From: a virus
Virus record (IMG/VR): IMGVR_UViG_3300028608_000007
Span: 32,001 to 96,000 of that record
DNA: 64,000 nt
Reading direction: 5' to 3' (one strand)
Below the pieces are notes generated by a model. It searched no databases. It had not been told where the DNA came from and was given only the letters and a program-made list of their open reading frames with translations. A program made the translations under genes and the position numbers. Of the stretch, positions 56,887 to 64,000 are shown one piece after another. The first letter of the stretch is position 1, and each line of letters begins with the position of its first letter.

Positions 56887-58550
56887 CAGACCGCCGCCGC
56901 TGGGAATTCGATCTTGCCTGCGTGTTTGTAACCCACCACCTCGATGTCTTCCATTTTGAAGTCGAAGATATTCTTGATGTTGGGGTTCAAACGGATGGTT
57001 GGGCGGGAGTCCTTCACAGGTTCCTGATCCAGCCACTTGAGCACCGCAGGCCACTGGTTCTCGTAGATATGGCAATCACCACCGGTCCAAGTAAAGGTAT
57101 CGGTAGCATGACCAGTCACTTGAGCGACCATGTGAGTCAACATGGCGTACTGTACCACGTTGAAAGGATGACCCAGCGGTACGTCGTTACTGCGCATGTA
57201 CAGATGCGACGACAGCTTGCGGGTTGGCACCTTGGCGTCGTCCAAGAACTGGAAGACTTCAGGGCGCTGTTTGAACTCGTGTTCATGGCGACGATCGTCG
57301 TGCATTACCGCCATGCTCAGAGCTTCTTCGGACATGTGCTCGAAGCCAGCAGGTTTATACGTACCCAGCCACTCCAGTCGCTCACGCACCGACATCGGCT
57401 TGGAGAAGAATTGACACAGAGTGTGACAAGGACGCAGCGCCATGTCTTCCAGCTCAGCCACGTTCCACGCCGTCAGGATAATACCCCGGTCGTCAGGATT
57501 GTTGGTGAGTTGGTCGATGATTTTCTGCACCTGGTCGATTTCACGCTTCACAGCGATCTCTTCGGTTTCAGTGGAGTTACCCAGCGCCCACTCGTAACCC
57601 TTCTTCTCCATCTCGCGGAACGCATCGTAGTTTTCCACGATACGGATGTCTGACCAACGCCGCCACTGATGCTGGTAGATCTTCGGCAGTTCACCAGCGG
57701 TCAAGTACTGCGTAGCCACACCCATCTGCTCAGCCCAGGTGTAGAACTTGTCGACCAGTGGAGAGTCGTCGGCAATGGTGCCAACAATTGCGCTAAACAA
57801 CGCCAGTAGACGAGAAGTGTCTTTGCCGGTGTGCTCAGCCACGATTGCTTTGAGCGTACGGTGCATCTCGCCAGTGGTAAGGTTGGCGAAGTACGTGATG
57901 AACTCAACCAACAGACCCGCGTCGTGGAAGCTGCGAGAGATCTCCTGAATCGACAGGTGACGGTATTCAGCAGTCGATGCTTTAACCCACGAATCCCAGA
58001 TACCGATTTTGTGCTTCTTGAGGAAGCGCACGTTGGTATCACCCGACAGCATCCAGAGCAGTTCACCCTTGATACCGAAGTTCCAGTTGAACTTGGTGGA
58101 GATCGACGGCAGTTGGCCCATGGAAATATCCACGGTATAGGACTGGCTATTAATAGCACGAGAGCGCACACCAGTGCGAGTCTCGCTGTCCACACCGTGT
58201 TCCATAATCCGCAGGACCAGATCACGGACATGGTCGTCCACGGTTCTTGGGCCCGACAGATCAGGAATCAACTTGCCTGGAGTCCACTGTCGTTTCATGC
58301 GCTGTTCCAGCCGCCACAGTTTGGCCGAGACCTCGGGACGGAACTCGAATGGAATGCGTGCGTTGTCCAAGGCACACATAGCGTCGCCTACTTGCATCGG
58401 GTCGTTCAGGTCAGCCATAGCCGCCATGTAGTTACCCGACTCACCCAGCAGCAACATCCGCTGAGCAAAGGTGTAGAAATTCAGCGAGCTGTTGTCGTGT
58501 TCTTCAATCAGTTTGCGTGCAGTGCGCATGCGTTCATTCAAGTCTTTCAT
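56886..58550 (-). CDS. thyA: Thymidylate synthase with N-terminal extension and two insertions
   Basis: TRTG, ELLWMLSG.TN, IWDSW, QWRRW, NPDDR, MALRPCH, YMRSND, GHPFN, GDCHIY. Confidence 0.95.
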   Translation of the reverse strand: MKDLNERMRTARKLIEEHDNSSLNFYTFAQRMLLLGESGNYMAAMADLNDPMQVGDAMCALDNARIPFEFRPEVSAKLWRLEQRMKRQWTPGKLIPDLSGPRTVDDHVRDLVLRIMEHGVDSETRTGVRSRAINSQSYTVDISMGQLPSISTKFNWNFGIKGELLWMLSGDTNVRFLKKHKIGIWDSWVKASTAEYRHLSIQEISRSFHDAGLLVEFITYFANLTTGEMHRTLKAIVAEHTGKDTSRLLALFSAIVGTIADDSPLVDKFYTWAEQMGVATQYLTAGELPKIYQHQWRRWSDIRIVENYDAFREMEKKGYEWALGNSTETEEIAVKREIDQVQKIIDQLTNNPDDRGIILTAWNVAELEDMALRPCHTLCQFFSKPMSVRERLEWLGTYKPAGFEHMSEEALSMAVMHDDRRHEHEFKQRPEVFQFLDDAKVPTRKLSSHLYMRSNDVPLGHPFNVVQYAMLTHMVAQVTGHATDTFTWTGGDCHIYENQWPAVLKWLDQEPVKDSRPTIRLNPNIKNIFDFKMEDIEVVGYKHAGKIEFPAAAV

Positions 58551-58559
58551 CTTCTGTCC

Positions 58560-58760
58560 TTACAGAACTTTGACGGCGGAGGTACCACGGATTACCGTGT
58601 GACCGTGCGTCGGAATGTTGTTATGGTCCATCGCCTTTACCAGAGCCTGGTCGTAGGGATAACCGTCGTTCTCGAACTTCTGAATCTCAGCCTTCCAGTT
58701 GGACTGCTGTTTGAACAGACCCAGACGTTCTTGATGAACGAGTTTACGCTTCTTCTGCAT
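58560..58760 (-). CDS. Small basic protein (66 aa)
   Basis: Start MQKKRK with GGAGAAG SD. Confidence 0.55.
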   Translation of the reverse strand: MQKKRKLVHQERLGLFKQQSNWKAEIQKFENDGYPYDQALVKAMDHNNIPTHGHTVIRGTSAVKVL

Positions 58761-59571
58761 ATTTCTTCTCCACGAAACTGTACAGGAAGTTGAAGGTTTC
58801 AAAGAACACCATACCAAGGTCGGCGTAGGTGAAATTGGCGCGAGGGACATCGTCGGAAGAACCGGTCACCAGTTCCCACTCTTTGAGATCGTTATCCCAC
58901 GTGAGGCTATGGGACAGACCCAATTCGAGGCAGAGCTTGTGGACCTCTCGGGAGAAGTCACCGAATGCCTTATGGGAAGGGCCGTCCATCTTCGGTACGC
59001 TGGTAGGCTTGGCCAGATTCCAGCGACGAGCATTCAGCCAAATCTCTGGGCGCTCAGGCGGAGTACCCTGCCAACCCAAGGTGATCGGTTTGCTGGTCAG
59101 GAAGCCCATCATGTCGAACACCGCTGTCATTGGGTTACTGCGGCTCACACCCTCAACACGAGTCAGCCAAGCACGCACCAAATCGAATTCGAAAATGGCG
59201 TAACCTGGATCGTCGTACACGAAGCAATGTTGAACCGCTTCGATGAAGTCCTGTAAGTGGGTGAAGTAGTCTTCGGTACTTTCCAGTTTGACGATACCGG
59301 TCAGTGCTGGCTTGACGTCTTTATCCGTGGCGTAGTGACCCATCGGGGAGTTGTTGACAGTTACAGTGAACATCGCCAACTGCATGTCTTTCTTGGTGTT
59401 GTAGCTACCGGTCACTCGGATCGGATAAGGCTTGCCGGACGGATCGCACAACTCGATTTTGCCGAGGTCGTTCGTTTGCCAGTCGAACTTGGTCAGGCGC
59501 TCGTCCTTGGATAGGTTGAGCAACATACCTGGGATAACGGTACCGATTTGGGTCATCATGTTTGCATACAC
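58744..59571 (-). CDS. Hypothetical protein
   Basis: 275 aa; N-terminal half resembles the upstream gene. Confidence 0.65.
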   Translation of the reverse strand: MYANMMTQIGTVIPGMLLNLSKDERLTKFDWQTNDLGKIELCDPSGKPYPIRVTGSYNTKKDMQLAMFTVTVNNSPMGHYATDKDVKPALTGIVKLESTEDYFTHLQDFIEAVQHCFVYDDPGYAIFEFDLVRAWLTRVEGVSRSNPMTAVFDMMGFLTSKPITLGWQGTPPERPEIWLNARRWNLAKPTSVPKMDGPSHKAFGDFSREVHKLCLELGLSHSLTWDNDLKEWELVTGSSDDVPRANFTYADLGMVFFETFNFLYSFVEKKYAEEA

Positions 59572-59580
59572 CTTCTGAGG

Positions 59581-59997
59581 TTAGAGAACTACGTAAGCGA
59601 CGGACTGATCGAGGATGTGGCCCATCATAGACGCCTTGTGGGCGTGTTGGTCTTTCAGGCTTTCATAGATGAAGCACGCTTGGAGCGCATCCAGGAAAGT
59701 TTCCACCATGCTGTATACGTCGCCTGGGTCTTGGTAGTTACCCACGTATACAGCAGATTCCCAGCCTTCTGGAAAGTTTTGTTCCTTAAGGACTGGACTG
59801 TAGACATTGATCAGTACAATGATCATGCCGGTGTTCTTTGGACGCGTGAAGGTTACAACGATCTCACGCGTCCGCCCTGTTTCCTCATGGTTCAGTTCAA
59901 TCAAGGGACCGAGAGGTTGCACCTGACGGAAGCCTTCGACGTTCTGCATGTGGTAACGAAGTAATTGGGGGCTCAGGGTTGTTTCTACTTTTAGCAT
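59581..59997 (-). CDS. Hypothetical early protein
   Basis: First gene after early promoter. Confidence 0.65.
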   Translation of the reverse strand: MLKVETTLSPQLLRYHMQNVEGFRQVQPLGPLIELNHEETGRTREIVVTFTRPKNTGMIIVLINVYSPVLKEQNFPEGWESAVYVGNYQDPGDVYSMVETFLDALQACFIYESLKDQHAHKASMMGHILDQSVAYVVL

Positions 59998-60034
59998 CTT
60001 TACCTTCTCAGGAAGAATTGACAGGCATTACTTC

Positions 60035-60068
60035 AACTAGATGATATACGCTTGTAATACTTTTAAAT
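60035..60068 (-). promoter_or_regulatory. Early promoter
   Basis: ATTTAAA-N13-TATATCATCTAG. Confidence 0.7.
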
Positions 60069-60070
60069 CG

Positions 60071-60103
60071 GGGCATAAAGGTAGGCCCGAAGGCCCACCT
60101 TTA
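60071..60103 (-). terminator. Terminator + TTTATGCCC
   Basis: aaaggtaggcc-cgaa-ggcccaccttt with gggcataaa. Confidence 0.75.
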
Positions 60104-60111
60104 TTCAGCAC

Positions 60112-61746
60112 TTAGTCGGAAGACGACGAGCTGCTATCGGAGCTGCTGGAACCGCCGGAATCACCACCACCGACGTCAGCATCGCGATGCGGCGCTGGGT
60201 CGTAACGGAATGGAGCTTCGTCAACGTGAGCGAACTCAGGTCGCTGACCGCGAGCGTAGACCTTGTCACCAGCAACGTTGTCACCGGAACCCGAGTGGGA
60301 CTGCTGGATGTTGCGCTCGTGTGCAGTAACTGCTGCGAGTTGCAGTTCAGGGTTCAGTTCGATCGGACGAGACAGACCACGACCGATTTCCGGGTTGTCG
60401 CCGTAGTTGACGTTCAGGCCACCGTCAGCACGACGCTCTACCGATTCTGGCAGACGGACTTCTTCATCGACTGGTTCTTCGTCCAGGTCATCCGGCAGGT
60501 CGCCGTCTTCTTCCTGCTCGAGTTCACAACCGTCTTCACCGGTTTCGATTTCAGGTTCGTCAACAGCCACCGGATCGCCTTTCAGCGCAGCCCACTGAGC
60601 ATTCACCTCTGCCTTGATGGCAGCGATGGTTTGATCAGGTGCAGGGTCGGCTGGGTCCAGCGCGATCACGATAGCCTTGCGGCCGTCGATCGGGTGGTTG
60701 ATGTAACCGTCGAAGAACGCCTTGCCTTCACGTTCGGTAACCAATTCACCGTCTTCGAGTTTCCAGTTCAGCAGATCGAATTGGCTCGATTCCAGGTAAG
60801 CGTTGGCCACTTCCAGCGACAGCGGTTGAGCAGGCTGTTGAGCAATACGCTCAGCTTCCAGACGAGTAGCCAGAGCGATATCGTCTTGCTCTTGGGCTTC
60901 GGCTGCTGCCTTGGCGCGTTCTTCAGCCGCCATGCGGATCAGGTTGTCAGCCAGGATGTACGACCAGCGTTCGAGGTTGAAGCCCGACGCAGGGTCAACG
61001 ATTTCTTCCAGCGTGTGCCAGCCGACAGTCAGCAGTTCAGCTTCACGGCACTCGACGTCGATGTGTGGAGGAACACCGATCGAGTAGACGATACCCAGGT
61101 GCTGTTGGCCCACTGCGTTGAAGTCGTCACGGATGAAGCCTTCTTGGGAGAAGGTGATCGCGGTGTCGCGTACCAGTTCCTGGAAGGTCTTGCCGCCCCA
61201 GATGAACTCTTCATCCAGTTCGTCGATCAGACTGGAGATCAGAGCTTCTTTGGCGTTCAGGGTCCAGTTCGGGTAGAAGCGCATGGACTGAGCTTCAGGG
61301 TGGCCACCACCGCCGATGGAGTGGTTACCGGCCAGCAGTTGTTCACCGACCTGCTTGGTGCGCTGGTAGATGAAGAACTCGATCTGGTTTTTGGCTTCGT
61401 TGTAACGGTGGATCAGGGCGTACGGAATCGGGTGACGGAAGAGGTTGGATTCTTCCAGGCGACGACGACGGGTGATCACAGCGTCCAGCTTGATGCGCTC
61501 GAAGCGCTCGGACAGCACGTCACGGGTGTGGTCGTTGTGGTACTCGAGACCTTGGACGGTAAACTCGGCGTCGATGGAGTCACGCCAGAAACCGATGACC
61601 ATGCGGTCTTTCGGATCGACTTCCTCATGACCGAACTCAACCGGCATTTGCAGGCTGATGTCTTCGGGAGTCATGTTGTGTGGATTCGGAGCAGTGGTCG
61701 GATCTACGGCTTCCATACCAGCATACTGGCTCAGAACGTTAGACAT
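60112..61746 (-). CDS. Nudix-fold (COG4112-like) domain protein with acidic and Ser/Gly-rich C-terminus
   Basis: PIPYALI..FIYQR...GE..L.G..SIG.GGH ... DELDEE ... HLGIVY; start MSNVLSQY at 61746. Confidence 0.75.
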   Translation of the reverse strand: MSNVLSQYAGMEAVDPTTAPNPHNMTPEDISLQMPVEFGHEEVDPKDRMVIGFWRDSIDAEFTVQGLEYHNDHTRDVLSERFERIKLDAVITRRRRLEESNLFRHPIPYALIHRYNEAKNQIEFFIYQRTKQVGEQLLAGNHSIGGGGHPEAQSMRFYPNWTLNAKEALISSLIDELDEEFIWGGKTFQELVRDTAITFSQEGFIRDDFNAVGQQHLGIVYSIGVPPHIDVECREAELLTVGWHTLEEIVDPASGFNLERWSYILADNLIRMAAEERAKAAAEAQEQDDIALATRLEAERIAQQPAQPLSLEVANAYLESSQFDLLNWKLEDGELVTEREGKAFFDGYINHPIDGRKAIVIALDPADPAPDQTIAAIKAEVNAQWAALKGDPVAVDEPEIETGEDGCELEQEEDGDLPDDLDEEPVDEEVRLPESVERRADGGLNVNYGDNPEIGRGLSRPIELNPELQLAAVTAHERNIQQSHSGSGDNVAGDKVYARGQRPEFAHVDEAPFRYDPAPHRDADVGGGDSGGSSSSDSSSSSSD

Positions 61747-61787
61747 GAAAGGTTCCTTTTCAGGTTTACGGTTATTACGACACAGGA

Positions 61788-62396
61788 TCACTCGACCCTG
61801 TTAGAAAATACTCGGAGAATGCGCTGACAGTAATCACAGTCACAATCGCCTTCGTGAGCACGACGTTCGTTCTCTTTGATCTCGGCCAGATAACGAGCAT
61901 CACGTTCCACACGAGCTTGCAGCACCTTGTTACGGATGCCGTCGAAGAACGCAGTCATCTCTTCGTCAGACACGGCTGGCTTGTAGCCGCACATGTCTTT
62001 GGCGTAACGGAACATACCCTCGATCAGCTCACGCATCTTGCGTTCCAGATCAGAAGGGAATCCGCCACGGAATTGAGACGGTGTGTTCAACGACCACTGC
62101 ACAGGAAGGTTCGGGTCGTCGTAATCGTGGATGGTAATCGACCAACGGTGGTCGTGGAAATCGTCACCCACTTTAAAGAAGAACACTACGTTGTTGCAAT
62201 CAGCATCGCCGTAGTAGTTGTAGTCATGGAACGGTTCGTAATACTTGCGTCCACGGAAACTGGTGGTGCGCAGTTCCAGCTTACCCCACGGCGTAGGGAC
62301 ACTCCACAGTAGATCACGAGGCAACGGAACTTTCCTGAGTCGGTCCAGTTGTTGAGCGTAGAAATGAAGTGTTGCACTACTTTCCGAGAAAGCCAT
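61788..62396 (-). CDS. Hypothetical protein
   Basis: GGAGG SD before ATG 62396; C-terminal HEGDCDCDYC. Confidence 0.65.
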   Translation of the reverse strand: MAFSESSATLHFYAQQLDRLRKVPLPRDLLWSVPTPWGKLELRTTSFRGRKYYEPFHDYNYYGDADCNNVVFFFKVGDDFHDHRWSITIHDYDDPNLPVQWSLNTPSQFRGGFPSDLERKMRELIEGMFRYAKDMCGYKPAVSDEEMTAFFDGIRNKVLQARVERDARYLAEIKENERRAHEGDCDCDYCQRILRVFSNRVE

Positions 62397-62446
62397 AAAA
62401 CCTCCGAACATAAAAGGCAGGCCAAAGCCTGCCTCTATGCTGTTAC

Positions 62447-64000
62447 TTAGTAGGTGGCGCCGCCAAGGCGTTCACGCATTTCGCCCAGGGTAGTGCGCTT
62501 GGTGAAATGACCGTTGCGGTACACGGACTTCAACTCACCCGACGAAGTAGCCAGGGTATCGAACGACATGTCCTGCTCTTGAGCCAGAACGTAGTTGCCG
62601 TCAACCAGGTCTACACGCAGGAAGCCTTTGGCAGACTTCTTCGCGGTTTCGCCTTCGGTGGCTGGCGCTTTGTACAGGTCGATGAGGGTGTCGTCGATCT
62701 GGATCGCAGTGCCTTTGATAGCTTGGCCGAAGGTGTCGCGGGTGATGTACTGGTAGGTGTAGCTACCAATACCGAGGACAACGTTGCCGGAAGCGAACTG
62801 TTTCTTCGCCAGACGACGCATGATCTCTTCGGTACGTTGCACAGTGATGCTGTCACCGTAGATCAGGCCGATGTGTTCGTCCAGCAGACGGTAGCCTTCT
62901 GGAGTAGTGGTACCACCGAAGGTTTCCCACAGGCATTCCACAGCGCCTTTCTCTTCCGAGGTCAGCTCGTGAGCGACGATGTGGTAACCGCACTGGTAGC
63001 GACCGGTCAGATCGTATTCCAGTTCGATCTCCATCGACTTGAGGAAGCCGTAGATCATTGGCTTCACTGGGTCGTGGGTTTCCATTGGCAGACGCTCAGG
63101 CGACAGCTTACGGGTAGTAGTAGTCATGGCCTGGAAGGACTCAACCACCGAACGACCAGCACGTTCGAGGATGTCGGCGTCCAGTTCGTCCCACGAACGG
63201 TTGCGATTACGGTGCAGCGCATCGGTAGCCTTGAACAGCGTACCATCGGAGTTGCGGAAGTAGATGTGCTTGCGACGACCGTCATCACGACCACGGCGGT
63301 ACATCATCTGCTCAGCTTCTTCCTGGGTGAAGATCTCAGCACCACAGATGATCTCAACCGGATCACCCGAGTCGGGACGGATCACGACTTTGGCCAGACC
63401 GAGGCTGTCTTTCGGACGCGACAGAATCACGTCTTTCAGTTCAGGAACGATCTTGGTCACGACGCCCCAGAAGTCGAACGAGTCCGACACCAAAGCCACA
63501 GCACCGTTCGGGTAGACCTCGGTGATCAGACGCTTGAAGAAGCGCTTCTCGGCTTCCAGGCGCATGCGCTTGTAGCCTTCCTCGTCAACCTTCTGGTCGT
63601 TCTCACGCAGCTTCTCCAGCTCGTAGTGCAGCTCGGAGAGGATGTTGGCCGTAGCAACGGCGTGTTCGGTAGCTGGAATCGAGCAGGCCACGAACTCCTT
63701 CTCTACGTTCGCGCCGTAGTAGTCTTCGGCGTAGTCGATCGCAGGGATGGTGTCAGTGCCGCAGAAGGCCAGCAGGTGACCGAACGAACCGCGAACGTCT
63801 TCCAGACCGATACCACGGAACGAGAAGTCGTGACCCTGGACGTCGACGAACTCTTTCGGAGTACCGGTGATCAACGCCCAGTGTTTCAGGACGCGACGGT
63901 ATTCGAAAGCGATGGTCGAACAGGTGACGATTTTCCAGATCAACGACGACATCGAGGTTTCGAGGTAGTTCGTGAACCAGTAGAAGTCGGGGTGGGTGTT
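62447..64000 (-). CDS. nadV: Nicotinamide phosphoribosyltransferase (5' end outside window)
   Basis: FYWFTNYLET, HDFSFRG, GTDTIPA, SIPATEH, VSDSFD, RPDSGDP, IYGDSIT, LGIGSYTYQ..RDT, KKSAKG; frame open to nt 64000. Confidence 0.93.
   Translation of the reverse strand, partial: NTHPDFYWFTNYLETSMSSLIWKIVTCSTIAFEYRRVLKHWALITGTPKEFVDVQGHDFSFRGIGLEDVRGSFGHLLAFCGTDTIPAIDYAEDYYGANVEKEFVACSIPATEHAVATANILSELHYELEKLRENDQKVDEEGYKRMRLEAEKRFFKRLITEVYPNGAVALVSDSFDFWGVVTKIVPELKDVILSRPKDSLGLAKVVIRPDSGDPVEIICGAEIFTQEEAEQMMYRRGRDDGRRKHIYFRNSDGTLFKATDALHRNRNRSWDELDADILERAGRSVVESFQAMTTTTRKLSPERLPMETHDPVKPMIYGFLKSMEIELEYDLTGRYQCGYHIVAHELTSEEKGAVECLWETFGGTTTPEGYRLLDEHIGLIYGDSITVQRTEEIMRRLAKKQFASGNVVLGIGSYTYQYITRDTFGQAIKGTAIQIDDTLIDLYKAPATEGETAKKSAKGFLRVDLVDGNYVLAQEQDMSFDTLATSSGELKSVYRNGHFTKRTTLGEMRERLGGATY

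Noticed and set aside
56886-58550. ThyA homolog as a dCMP hydroxymethylase feeding DNA hypermodification with the rSAM cluster
   Set aside because: PFN Asn (dUMP specificity) and all ThyA motifs are intact; DHFR is present as for ordinary dTMP synthesis.

Overview
64 kb of a phiKZ-like (Chimalliviridae-type, nucleus-forming) jumbo phage. The assignment rests on the conserved core block DnaB-like helicase / gp119-like / major capsid protein / gp123-like non-virion RNAP beta fragment / portal / virion proteins / RuvC / spanins / endolysin, and on phiKZ-style TATATTAC early and TATG late promoter motifs. The left end holds an accessory cluster of three radical-SAM/SPASM-like genes and three 2OG-Fe(II)-oxygenase-like genes. 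The right half is an early/metabolic region: DHFR, DHH phosphoesterase, NAD-dependent ligase, NrdAB, Ntn-hydrolase-like protein, YgiB/YgiC-like lipoprotein plus ATP-grasp ligase, ThyA, Nudix, Nampt and many small hypotheticals. Most interesting: (1) the rSAM + oxygenase tailoring cluster with non-canonical motifs; (2) a probable splicing-dead intein (Hint) remnant next to the NrdA active site; (3) a YgiB/YgiC-like pair plus several Ser-rich C-terminal tails; (4) a recurrent TTTATGCCG(TCAA) motif attached to terminator hairpins; (5) an 11-copy, 18-aa-period GF[DE]Y array in a virion protein. No tRNA, CRISPR array or mobile element was seen. All family calls come from motif recognition by eye, not database searches.
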